NCBI GenBank assembly: GCA_002726245.1
Contig: PBSM01000335.1
Span: forward strand, 7,722 to 71,721
Length of the DNA stretch: 64,000 bases
Direction of reading: 5' to 3'
Source: Planctomycetaceae bacterium
Lineage (GTDB): Bacteria > Planctomycetota > Planctomycetia > Pirellulales > Pirellulaceae
Under the pieces are notes generated by a model that did not search any database, was not told the origin of the DNA, and saw only the letters and a program-made list of their open reading frames with translations. Of the stretch, positions 1-9,068 are shown one piece after another. The position numbers and the translations under genes are program-made. Every line of letters begins with the position of its first letter. Within the stretch, counting starts at the first letter, position 1.

Positions 1-236
1 AACACCGGGGGCCACCCCCTACAACTCATCGCCGGTTTTGCCATGACCTGCTGCCGCCAATCACCTCGCTTGGATCGCCACTGCGGTAGCCATCTTCTGT
101 CTGGCAGACCGGCGGTGATTCTTTTAAGGCCAAGGCGACCGATTCGACGGACCTGCACGTTGATATCAAGTGCTAATGAACGACGGCACGTGCGCGGTGT
201 ATCCCTTGAGGCCGTTGCACTGTTTGAGGCGTAACC

Positions 237-1415
237 GTGGTTTGGAACGCACAAGCTACTGTCTCTTTCCTCCTCGTGATCGCCACACCGATTCTCGTTG
301 CGGCGCAAGACCAGGCGAAAGAGTCGCCGGAACGCGATACGTCTGCAATTGTGGCCGCTGCGGGAGAACCCTTCGTGGCGATTGCTTTGTTGCGAGAGCT
401 GCCGCGCCAGTTGGGTGCGACCGATCTCGTTGAGTTGCAGCATCTGGATCGAAACCTCGAAGCTCCCACAACGGAGGCTGAGCGAGAGTTCGCTCGTGAG
501 TTGCTGTTGGTATTGGCGCGTAGCAGCGAGTTGCGTTCGCTCGGATATGTGCATCAGGTGTTCGAGACTGTTCCGTGGCGGAGGCAGGACGCGGCACGCG
601 CGATTGCGGAGTTTGCAATCGACCAGCGACGGAGAGCTGCCGATTGGCGATTATTAGTTCGATCGTTGCCGGTCGTTGACGATGATGACGCCCGTGTGAT
701 TCTGCAATCGCTCCAGATGTTCCCGCAACGTGGCACCAAACCGCACTGGCTACGCGAAGTGATCTTGGCCGGTTTACGGAGCGGAGATGTAGGAAAGAGT
801 GAAGCCGCGAAGTTGCTGAGTCATTGGACGGGATCGCAACTTCACGACGGCGATCCTACCAAGGGCCCGCTATCCCAATGGCAAGCATGGTTTGACGAGA
901 AGTACCCAGAGCTTCCCGAACCAATCTTGCCGGTGGATTCTCCGACCAGTCGCTACACGTACGCGAAGCTGTTGACGTTCCTAGGCGGTGAGCGCGGAGC
1001 AAAAGGCGATCCACAGAGTGGTGCCAACGTCTTTGAGAAGGCTCAGTGCATCAAATGCCATCGTTTCGGCGCGCGAGGTGAGGCGATGGGGCCTGATTTG
1101 ACGAATGTTCGGCAGCGGTTCCAACTCAAGCAGATCCTTGAAGCCACGGTTTTCCCTTCGCAATCCATCACCGACCAACACGAGACGACCACGATCGTCA
1201 CGACCGACGGGCAGATCTTCTCGGGCGTCCTCGCAGCCGCGGATGGAAAGATCGTTGTATTGCAAGCGAACGGCAACAAGGCGATTGTTGACCGTCGCGA
1301 CATCGAAGAAGCCCTACCCAGCCGCAAATCGGCGATGCCCGACGGGCTGCTCGACCCGTTGTCTCTCGACGAAATCGCCGATCTGTTTGCGTACATGCGC
1401 GATCGACAACAATGA
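237..1415 (+). CDS. Secreted HEAT-like repeat protein with C-terminal c-type heme-binding domain (CxxCH; Pirellula/Verrucomicrobia-type TIGR02603-like)
   Basis: GTG start. N-terminal signal peptide (VSFLLVIATPILVAAQD). C-terminal block GANVFEKAQCIKCHRFGARGEAMGPDLTNV...SAMPDGLLDPLSLDEIADLFAYM matches the PVC heme-binding domain pattern. Confidence 0.7.
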   Translation: MVWNAQATVSFLLVIATPILVAAQDQAKESPERDTSAIVAAAGEPFVAIALLRELPRQLGATDLVELQHLDRNLEAPTTEAEREFARELLLVLARSSELRSLGYVHQVFETVPWRRQDAARAIAEFAIDQRRRAADWRLLVRSLPVVDDDDARVILQSLQMFPQRGTKPHWLREVILAGLRSGDVGKSEAAKLLSHWTGSQLHDGDPTKGPLSQWQAWFDEKYPELPEPILPVDSPTSRYTYAKLLTFLGGERGAKGDPQSGANVFEKAQCIKCHRFGARGEAMGPDLTNVRQRFQLKQILEATVFPSQSITDQHETTTIVTTDGQIFSGVLAAADGKIVVLQANGNKAIVDRRDIEEALPSRKSAMPDGLLDPLSLDEIADLFAYMRDRQQ

Positions 1416-1426
1416 TCGTCTGATCG

Positions 1427-2068
1427 GTGCATGGCATTGCGTTTGCGTCAAACCATAAGCATGCGCATTATCTCTCCTTGGTAGCTCTCTTACAGAGAGC
1501 GATCCGAATGGTCGCTTCAGACGTCAAAACAAACCAGCATTCAATGGCCCACGCGTTGCCGCTCGATCAGTTGATCGCTGAGTTGGGCACCGATGTGGTA
1601 CAGGGTCTCGCTGACAATCAGGCGGCCTCACGTTTGGAGAACGGTGGGTCGAATGAACTGGCTGAGCAGTCGCCGGTGCCAGCGTGGAAGAAGTTTCTTG
1701 CGCAGTTTCGCGAGTTGGTAATCTGGATTCTGATCGCGGCCGCGATCATCTCTGGAGCGCTTGATCGCCGGACTTCGGCTCGCGTTCCATTCGGATCCGT
1801 GCTCGGTGTGATTGAACACAACGGAACACTGCCCGATTCTTCCGAGTTCCGTCCGGTCAAGGCGGTGGATCTGTCGCAAACGGGGATCGCATTCAGCACG
1901 ACTCGCTGGCCAAGCAGCGACTGGGTCGTCGTGATGCTGGGCGAGCAAGACAATCCGCGTTACGCAACAGCTCGCGTCGTCGGTTGTCTCAGCAAGTCTG
2001 CAGATCCTTATGAGAAGCGGTTCGAAGTGCGATGCGAGTTCGAGCAGTGGCTAACTTCGATGAAGTGA
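1427..2068 (+). CDS. Small chimeric protein: P-type cation ATPase N-terminal domain + one TM helix + PilZ (c-di-GMP binding) domain
   Basis: LPLDQLIAELGTDVVQGLADNQAASRLENGGSNELAEQSPVPAWKKFLAQFRELVIWILIAAAIISG resembles the Cation_ATPase_N domain plus the start of TM1. PilZ motifs RxxxR (RRTSAR) and DxSxxG (DLSQTG) follow. True start may be the internal Met at 1508 or 1544. Confidence 0.55.
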   Translation: MHGIAFASNHKHAHYLSLVALLQRAIRMVASDVKTNQHSMAHALPLDQLIAELGTDVVQGLADNQAASRLENGGSNELAEQSPVPAWKKFLAQFRELVIWILIAAAIISGALDRRTSARVPFGSVLGVIEHNGTLPDSSEFRPVKAVDLSQTGIAFSTTRWPSSDWVVVMLGEQDNPRYATARVVGCLSKSADPYEKRFEVRCEFEQWLTSMK

Positions 2069-2126
2069 AACAGCGGCTGCCTCAGCAAGCTCCAGTCAGG
2101 TGAACAATCTAGCTGGCACGTAAGTT

Positions 2127-3563
2127 CTACACCAGCAGCTTATCGACCACCGTTCCACCAACGTTCGTTAGTCGAAAGTCACGCCCCTGATGGCGGTACG
2201 TCAGCTCTTTGTGATTGATGCCAAGGCAGTGCAGAATCGTGGCTTGCAGATCGTGGACGTGGACGGGATCTTCGACGGGATGGTATCCGAGTGCGTCTGT
2301 CTTTCCAACAACCTGCCCGCCTTTGATGCCTCCGCCGGCGAGTAGCATCGTGAAGCAAAACGGATGGTGGTCGCGCCCCTCTTTGCCAGGATTGACGCCG
2401 CGGCGGACTTCGTTCATGGGAGTGCGGCCGAATTCGCCGCCCCAAATGATGAGCGTTTCGTCGAGCAAGCCACGTTGCTTCAAGTCTTTGATCAGCGCAG
2501 CAGCCGGTAACTGAGTCATGTCGCAATTCGTCTTGAGCTTCGCATTCAGATTCGAATGATCGTCCCACGTTGAGTGATAAAGCTGCACGAAGCGAACGCC
2601 TCGCTCGACCATTCGCCGCGCCAGCAGACAGTTCGAGCCGAACCACTGTGTCTTCTCTTGATCGATTCCGTACATCGCGCGAGTTGCGGCTGTTTCGTCC
2701 GACAGATCGACAAGCTCCGGTGCGGCCAGTTGCATACGATACGCCAACTCGTACGATGAGATCCGCGATTCGATTTCTCTATCACCTGTGTCATTGAATC
2801 GCAACTCGTTCAATTGGCGGATCGCGTCGAGTCGCGCTCGTTGAGTCTGCGGGCTCACGCCCTGCGGGCTCGACAGGTGCAAGATCGGATTGCCTTTGCC
2901 GCGGAAGTTTGTGCCTCGATACTCAGACGGCAGGAACCCGTTGTTCCAGAGCGACGATCCGCCATCGACGCCTTCGCCCGAATTCGACAGCAACACGACA
3001 TAGCCCGGTAAATCACTGGCTTCGCTGCCGAGCCCATAAGTCACCCACGAACCCATCGACGGCATCCCGAACAACGGCACGCCACAATTCATAATGAGCT
3101 GCGCCGGATGATGGTTCGAGACATGCGTGTGCAGCGACCTCACCATGCACAGGTCATCCGCGCACGTGGCGAGATCCGGTAAGTAGTCCGAAAACTCCAT
3201 CCCGCACTCGCCGTGCTTGGCGAACTTCCGCGGACTGGCAAAGACTTGTGCACTCCCTTTGATCAGCGCATCGTCAAGGTCGTGCAGGAACGACTCGGGC
3301 ACCGGCTGCCGATGCAGTCGCTTCATCTCGGGGCGAGGCAAGAACAAATCGTATTGGCTCGGCGCGCCCGACATGAAGATGAAGATCACCTTCTTCGCGT
3401 GAGGCATGAAGTGCGGCCTTCGCGGAGCGAGGGGATTCGTTGCTGTGGCCGCTGGCGCCTCACGGGCGAGCAACTGCGACAGCGCAACCGTCCCCAATCC
3501 GCCAGCCGTTTGCTGGAGGAATCGCCGACGGTTCCGAAAAGTAGCCGAAGCACCGAGATTCAC
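2127..3563 (-). CDS. DUF1501 domain protein (sulfatase-like, Tat-secreted)
   Basis: Twin-arginine signal (FRNRRRFLQQTAGGLGTVALSQLLA). Full-length similarity to the planctomycete DUF1501 family. Lies downstream of a DUF1553 gene. Confidence 0.85.
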   Translation of the reverse strand: MNLGASATFRNRRRFLQQTAGGLGTVALSQLLAREAPAATATNPLAPRRPHFMPHAKKVIFIFMSGAPSQYDLFLPRPEMKRLHRQPVPESFLHDLDDALIKGSAQVFASPRKFAKHGECGMEFSDYLPDLATCADDLCMVRSLHTHVSNHHPAQLIMNCGVPLFGMPSMGSWVTYGLGSEASDLPGYVVLLSNSGEGVDGGSSLWNNGFLPSEYRGTNFRGKGNPILHLSSPQGVSPQTQRARLDAIRQLNELRFNDTGDREIESRISSYELAYRMQLAAPELVDLSDETAATRAMYGIDQEKTQWFGSNCLLARRMVERGVRFVQLYHSTWDDHSNLNAKLKTNCDMTQLPAAALIKDLKQRGLLDETLIIWGGEFGRTPMNEVRRGVNPGKEGRDHHPFCFTMLLAGGGIKGGQVVGKTDALGYHPVEDPVHVHDLQATILHCLGINHKELTYRHQGRDFRLTNVGGTVVDKLLV

Positions 3564-3617
3564 GCGATCCCTCCCCGAACACAGGCTAAGCTGACACCCT
3601 GGTTGTTGTCCAAGTCG

Positions 3618-3826
3618 GCCCGAAGGGCCAGGAACATATCAGCCCAGGGCAGAGCGCATCGCCGCCCTGGGTAGGCAATCACCACGTTCACAAGCCCTAC
3701 AAGGGCGATACAAGGTCGAGCGAGCATGTTGTTTCACCCTTTCAGGGCTCTTCTCCTTCATCCTCATCAAACCCAGGACGGCGCGGCGCTCTGCCCTGGG
3801 CTGATATGTTAAGGCCCCTGCGGGGC
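3618..3826. repeat. Structured palindromic intergenic element: perfect 25-bp inverted repeat (3633-3657 / 3786-3810) around a 128-bp core, with nested hairpins
   Basis: aacatatcagcccagggcagagcgc is the exact reverse complement of gcgctctgccctgggctgatatgtt. The arms extend imperfectly (gccgccctgggt / acccaggacggcg). Flanking hairpins ggcccgaagggcc and gcccctgcggggc. It sits between the DUF1553 stop and the DUF1501 start. Confidence 0.6.
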
Positions 3827-3911
3827 AACGCGGCCTAGAAGACATCTTGTGTAAAACAACAATGGCTGACGCCTCAGGCTAAATGCTGTTGTTCCCGCGG
3901 GATAAATCATC

Positions 3912-6098
3912 TCAGTTCCTCGTCACGAACTCGTGCAAGTTGAACAAGACGCTGCATAGCGTCGCCCAAGGTTGCTCGGTTTCCGGATCGTCACGCAATT
4001 GCTGCAGAAGATTCGTCATGACTGCCATCTCGTTCTCATTCGGCCCGCGAGCCAAGCATAACTCGAATGCATAGACGATCCGCTGCTCATCGTTGCCGTC
4101 AACTTCGCGCTGTACACGCTCGGCCAGTGCCGCGGCTCCTTTGAAGAACACGGGATCGTTCAACAATGTTAGTGCTTGCAACGGCGTGTTCGATCGATCG
4201 CGGTGAGTACAGACATGGTTCGGATTCGGGGCATCGAAGGTGACGTGCATTGCGAAGGGCGACGTGCGTTGCACCCACGTATAGACGGCTCTCCGATAGC
4301 GATCACCACCTTCACTGACTTTCCAGGTGTTATGGTATCCCTGCTCTGAAACGGCATCAGGTTGCGGCGGCTTGACACTCGGTCCGCCAAGGCGTGCGTC
4401 CCATAAGCCGCTTGCCCGCAGCACGGAATCCCGGATTTGTTCGGCCGAGAGACGGAGAGGGGATTGCAGATTTGGGATTTGGGATTTCGGATTGGGTTTT
4501 GATGTTTGACCGTAGGTCGCCGAAGTCACGATCAACCGATGCATGTGCTTCACATCCCAGCCGCTGCGAATAAATTCGCTGGCCAGCCAATCGAGCAACT
4601 CGGGGTGAGTCGGCGGCGTGCCGCGAACTCCGAAGTCGCCAGACGTTTCGACTAGCCCGCGGCCGAAAAACGCTTGCCATATCCGATTGACGACGACTCG
4701 CGCGGTGAGAGGGTGCTCGGGCGAAACCAACCAGCGCGCCAACGCTAGCCGGTCGCGTCGCTCTGTCTTCAACGGCGGCAAGAGTCCAGGTGTTCCAGCC
4801 GAAACATCTTCGCCGCGATCTCGAAAATCGCCCGCGAGGTAAACGTAAGTCGTACGCGCGTTCTGAGTTTGCATCATCATCGGCGCGCGAGTCACCTTCG
4901 GCAGCTTGTCTTTTAGCTCGCGTAGCTTGCCGCTCAACTCGCCGAGCTTCAATTTCTTTGCTTTGGCGCGGTCGAACGTATCGGCTTTGGGCAGGAAGTA
5001 GTCGAGCAGACGATCCTTCTGAAGCCGCGACCGCTTCTTCGGATCAAGCATGACGATCTGCCAACCTTCAAGCTGACCTTCGCCGAGCCCACCACCCCAA
5101 ACGAGCCCAACCAATTCCCATTGCCGATCCCAGAACCAGTCCTGTCCCGGATTGTCGCGAGCCTCAAGCAGCCTTTTCTCCCAGCGACGTTGAAGCTCAT
5201 CGATCTCCGTCGCAAGTGGTGCGACCAACTCCCGCCGTTTGCGGTGATACTCGGGCAACGCAGCTTCGTACGGCTCGCGCTCATCCGGCAGCGGAGCATC
5301 GATGTTAATCTCGTCGGCTGCGTCGAGAAACGCAAAAAACTCGTAAAACTCACGTTGCGAGATGTCGTCGTATTTATGATCGTGACACTGCGCGCAACGG
5401 ACCGTCAGCCCCATCCAGACCTCGCTGACCATCGACGTCCGATCGAGGATCTGTTTAACGCGAAACTCCTCGGGGTCGGCTCCGCCCTCGCGATTGCTCA
5501 ACGTCTGGCGAAGGAAGCCCGTCGCCAGCTTCTGTTCAATCGTTGCCTTCGGCAGCAGATCGCCGGCGAGTTGTTGGATCGTGAACTGATCGAATGGCAA
5601 GTTGTTGTTCAACGCATCGACCAGCCACGCGCGGTATCTCCACGCCACGGGCCGCAGTTGGTCGGTCAAGTAACCGTCGCTATCAGCATAGTGGCACAGG
5701 TCCAACCAAGGCCGCGCCCAATGCTCGCCATAATGGGGCGAGGCGAGCAGTCTCTCGACGAGATTGCGGAATGCGGATTGCGGGTTGCGGATTGAGTCAG
5801 CCTCGAACGCAGTGACTTCTTCCGGCGTTGGCGGCAGGCCGATCAAGTCAAGGCTCACTCGCCGGATCAACGTGGCTCGATCAGCTTCGGGAGCCATGTG
5901 AAGCCCCTCCGCTTCTAGCTGCTGTGATAGGAAGCGATCGATCGGATTGGCGCACGACTCCGCATCCTCAACCTGCGGCAACGCCGGTCGCGCAATCGGT
6001 TGGTATGCCCAATGAGGCTCATCACCGCGTGAGGAGCCCGTCGCCAGTAACGCGATCGCGAGCGCAAGTATCGTTCTTTCGTCGAGCATTCGTGCCAT
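3912..6098 (-). CDS. DUF1549/DUF1553 (PSD1) domain protein, partner of DUF1501
   Basis: CAQCHDHKYD motif and DUF1553 C-terminal region. Signal peptide starts at the internal Met (MARMLDERTILALAIALLATGSS), so the start is taken at 6098 rather than the ORF-track start at 6362. Confidence 0.8.
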   Translation of the reverse strand: MARMLDERTILALAIALLATGSSRGDEPHWAYQPIARPALPQVEDAESCANPIDRFLSQQLEAEGLHMAPEADRATLIRRVSLDLIGLPPTPEEVTAFEADSIRNPQSAFRNLVERLLASPHYGEHWARPWLDLCHYADSDGYLTDQLRPVAWRYRAWLVDALNNNLPFDQFTIQQLAGDLLPKATIEQKLATGFLRQTLSNREGGADPEEFRVKQILDRTSMVSEVWMGLTVRCAQCHDHKYDDISQREFYEFFAFLDAADEINIDAPLPDEREPYEAALPEYHRKRRELVAPLATEIDELQRRWEKRLLEARDNPGQDWFWDRQWELVGLVWGGGLGEGQLEGWQIVMLDPKKRSRLQKDRLLDYFLPKADTFDRAKAKKLKLGELSGKLRELKDKLPKVTRAPMMMQTQNARTTYVYLAGDFRDRGEDVSAGTPGLLPPLKTERRDRLALARWLVSPEHPLTARVVVNRIWQAFFGRGLVETSGDFGVRGTPPTHPELLDWLASEFIRSGWDVKHMHRLIVTSATYGQTSKPNPKSQIPNLQSPLRLSAEQIRDSVLRASGLWDARLGGPSVKPPQPDAVSEQGYHNTWKVSEGGDRYRRAVYTWVQRTSPFAMHVTFDAPNPNHVCTHRDRSNTPLQALTLLNDPVFFKGAAALAERVQREVDGNDEQRIVYAFELCLARGPNENEMAVMTNLLQQLRDDPETEQPWATLCSVLFNLHEFVTRN

Positions 6099-6261
6099 CA
6101 ATGGGCTCACCAAGTACATGGCTCCGTCCGAGATATCCACGAACGTCATTATCCCGCAAACAGGCCACAAGATGCAAGAATCGCTAGTGAAGATATTACT
6201 GCGCAATATGGAATCAACAGCCGGACAGGCGTTATGATAGAGGGATTCCCTCCCTGAAGAC

Positions 6262-9051
6262 TTGCCACCAGCCATGCCACGCGTACTTTCAACGATCTGC
6301 CTGTCCGTCCTGCTCTGGGTTCCGTTCGGCCATACGACGCTCGCGGAAGATCCCAAAGACAACCGCGAGCAAGCCGATTACGTCCGCGATATCGAACCGA
6401 TCTTCAAGCAATACTGCTTCGGTTGCCACGGTCCGAAGAAGCAGGAAAGCGAATTCCGAGTCGATGTCCGTGCGACGTTACTCACGGGCGGTGACCTCGG
6501 CGAGCCGGCTGTGGTTCCTGGCAAGAGTGCCGAGAGCAACTTGATCAAGCTCGTTAGCGGAGTCGATCCGGATGCTGTGATGCCACCGGAGGGTGAGCGA
6601 TTGACGGAGCAGCAGATTGTTTTGTTACGAGCGTGGATCGATGAAGGGGCCAAGATGCCGGAGGGCGAAGTCGCGAAGTTGACGACTGATCATTGGTCGT
6701 TCCAGCCGCTGAAGCGACCGGCGCCGCCGAAGTCCGACAGTGCCTGGGCGGTGAATGAGATCGACGCCTTTGTGTTCGCGAAGTTGAGTGATTCGAAACT
6801 GCAGCCATCAGCGCAGGCCGAGCCAGCAACTTTGATCCGCCGACTCTACCTAGTCATGCACGGCTTGCCGCCGACTCCCGAACAAGTCGCTGCCTTCAAA
6901 GCCGAGTCAATCCACAATCCGCGATCCGCATTCCGCAATCTCGTCGATAACGTTCTCAAGAGCCCACGTTATGGCGAGCGCTGGGCGCAACATTGGCTCG
7001 ACGTAATTCGCTTCGGCGAGACGCATGGTTTTGAAACGAATCGCGAGCGGCCGAACGCGTGGTATTACCGCGACTACGTCATCCAGTCGCTGAACGAAGA
7101 CAAACCTTACGACCAGTTCATCAAAGAGCAAATCGCCGGCGATGCGATGGGCGCGGATGCCGCCACAGGATACTTGGTCGCAGGTCCGCATGATCTCGTG
7201 AAGGGCCAAGACCCGAACTACCGGCTCGTCCAACGCCAAGACGAACTCGCGGGCATCATCGACACAACGGGTACGACCTTCCTCGGCCTGACACTTGGTT
7301 GTTCCCGTTGCCACAATCACAAGTTCGATCCGATCACGCAACGCGACTACTACTCGATCCAAGCTGTCTTCGCCGGTGTGCAGCATGCCGACCGCGAGTT
7401 GCCGCGCTCGCAAGATGCGGAAGAGAAGTTCGCGGCGGCGAAGAAACGAGCGGAGACGTTGCAGGCTGAGGTGCGGCAGTGGAGGGCTGACCAGGGATTT
7501 CGCCCACCGGTGAGCCACCTGCACAACGTCGAGAAGTTCGCTCCGGTCGAAGCTCGAATTGTGCGCTTCACAATTCACAAGACCAGCAGCAACCAGCCCT
7601 GTATCGACGAGTTAGAGATCTTCGCCGGCGATAAGAACGTCGCGCTGGCCGAGCGCGGCGCGAAGGCTCGCTGTTCGAGCGCGCTGCCTGGCTACGAGAT
7701 TCACAAGCTGGAACACATCAACGACGGCAAGTACGGGAATGGACGAAGCTGGATCTCGAACGAATCGGGAGCTGGCTGGGTCGAGATTGAATTGCCGAAG
7801 GTCACGAAGATCGATCGCATCGAATGGGGACGCGATCGCGAAGGCAAGTACTCAGACCGGGTCGCGACGAATTACGTGTTTGATGCCGCCGTTGAGGAGG
7901 GGAAGTGGAAACGAATTGCCTCGTCCGACTATCGTCTTCCTTACACGGAAGACGGATCGATCGCGCCGCTCAGTTTCGAGGGAATCACCAAAGATGACGC
8001 GCAGGTCGGTAAGAAACTCTTTGACGAGTTGAGAGCCGCTGAAGCGGAACACGACCGTCTTTCGAAGACCTCGACGGTTTACGCTGGCAGCTTCTCACAG
8101 CCCGGGCCGACGCATCGGCTCTATCGCGGCGATCCGTTGGCCAAACGCGAAGAAGTCGCGCCGGATGCGTTAGAAGTGATCGGTTCGCTTGGCTTAGAGA
8201 AAAACAGCCCCGAACAAGCGCGACGAGTCGCACTCGCCGAGTGGATCGCTGATCCGAAGAATCCGCTGACGGCTCGTGTGATGGTGAACCGCATCTGGCA
8301 ACATCACTTTGGAACTGGACTGGTCGATACACCAAGCGACTTCGGCAAGAACGGCACGTTGCCGTCTCATCCAGAATTGCTCGACTGGCTGGCCGACGAG
8401 TTTGTGCAAAGCGGCTGGTCGGTCAAACACATTCACAGGCTGATCTTACTTTCCAACACCTTTCAGCAAGATAGCGCACCGCAAACGAACGCGATCGCCA
8501 TCGATGCTGCGTCGCGATTGTTATGGCGATTCCCGCCGCGACGCCTTGAAGCGGAAGCAATTCGCGATTGCATCCTGTCCGTGAGCGGCGCGCTCGACAA
8601 ACGGATGGGCGGACCGGGCTTCAGTGGCTTCGAAGTCGAGATGGAAAACGTGCGACACTTCTTTCCGAAGACAAAGTTCGGCCCGGAAGACTGGCGGCGG
8701 ATGGTCTACATGACGAAGGTCAGACAAGAACGCGACGCCATCTTCGGCGCGTTTGATTGCCCCGACCTCAGCCAAGTCATGCCCAAACGAAGCCGCTCGA
8801 CGACTCCGTTGCAGGCATTGAACCTGTTCAACAGTCACTTCGTGCTTCAACAAGCGGAGCTGTTCGCGAAGCGTCTCGAACGCGAAGCCGAAATCTCTGA
8901 CGAACAGATCCGACTCGCTTTTTCACTCTGCTTCGGTCGTCAGCCCGATGAACGCGAACTGCACGACGCAGTCGCGGTCGCCAGCGAGTACGGCCTGATT
9001 GCGCTGTCGCGTGCGTTGCTAAATGCAAACGAGTTCCTATTCATCCCGTAA
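6262..9051 (+). CDS. PSCyt1 (CxxCH) / DUF1549 / F5-8 type C (discoidin)-like / DUF1553 multidomain protein
   Basis: Signal peptide. CFGCHGPKKQESEFRVD planctomycete cytochrome c motif. CSRCHNHKFD motif. Discoidin-like region (VEARIVRFTIHKTSSNQPCIDELEIFAG). DUF1553 C-terminus. Divergent from 3912-6098. Confidence 0.85.
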   Translation: MPPAMPRVLSTICLSVLLWVPFGHTTLAEDPKDNREQADYVRDIEPIFKQYCFGCHGPKKQESEFRVDVRATLLTGGDLGEPAVVPGKSAESNLIKLVSGVDPDAVMPPEGERLTEQQIVLLRAWIDEGAKMPEGEVAKLTTDHWSFQPLKRPAPPKSDSAWAVNEIDAFVFAKLSDSKLQPSAQAEPATLIRRLYLVMHGLPPTPEQVAAFKAESIHNPRSAFRNLVDNVLKSPRYGERWAQHWLDVIRFGETHGFETNRERPNAWYYRDYVIQSLNEDKPYDQFIKEQIAGDAMGADAATGYLVAGPHDLVKGQDPNYRLVQRQDELAGIIDTTGTTFLGLTLGCSRCHNHKFDPITQRDYYSIQAVFAGVQHADRELPRSQDAEEKFAAAKKRAETLQAEVRQWRADQGFRPPVSHLHNVEKFAPVEARIVRFTIHKTSSNQPCIDELEIFAGDKNVALAERGAKARCSSALPGYEIHKLEHINDGKYGNGRSWISNESGAGWVEIELPKVTKIDRIEWGRDREGKYSDRVATNYVFDAAVEEGKWKRIASSDYRLPYTEDGSIAPLSFEGITKDDAQVGKKLFDELRAAEAEHDRLSKTSTVYAGSFSQPGPTHRLYRGDPLAKREEVAPDALEVIGSLGLEKNSPEQARRVALAEWIADPKNPLTARVMVNRIWQHHFGTGLVDTPSDFGKNGTLPSHPELLDWLADEFVQSGWSVKHIHRLILLSNTFQQDSAPQTNAIAIDAASRLLWRFPPRRLEAEAIRDCILSVSGALDKRMGGPGFSGFEVEMENVRHFFPKTKFGPEDWRRMVYMTKVRQERDAIFGAFDCPDLSQVMPKRSRSTTPLQALNLFNSHFVLQQAELFAKRLEREAEISDEQIRLAFSLCFGRQPDERELHDAVAVASEYGLIALSRALLNANEFLFIP

Positions 9052-9068
9052 CTGCAACATCGCGTCCC

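Noticed and set aside
4455-4503. GGGATTT-like imperfect tandem repeats (also AATCCGC repeats near 5760-5800 and 6900-6950)
   Set aside because: They lie inside coding sequence and encode low-complexity Pro/Asn/Ser linkers (NPKSQIPNLQSP; IRNPQSAFRNL) that are conserved between the two DUF1553 paralogs. They are not a microsatellite or CRISPR-like array.
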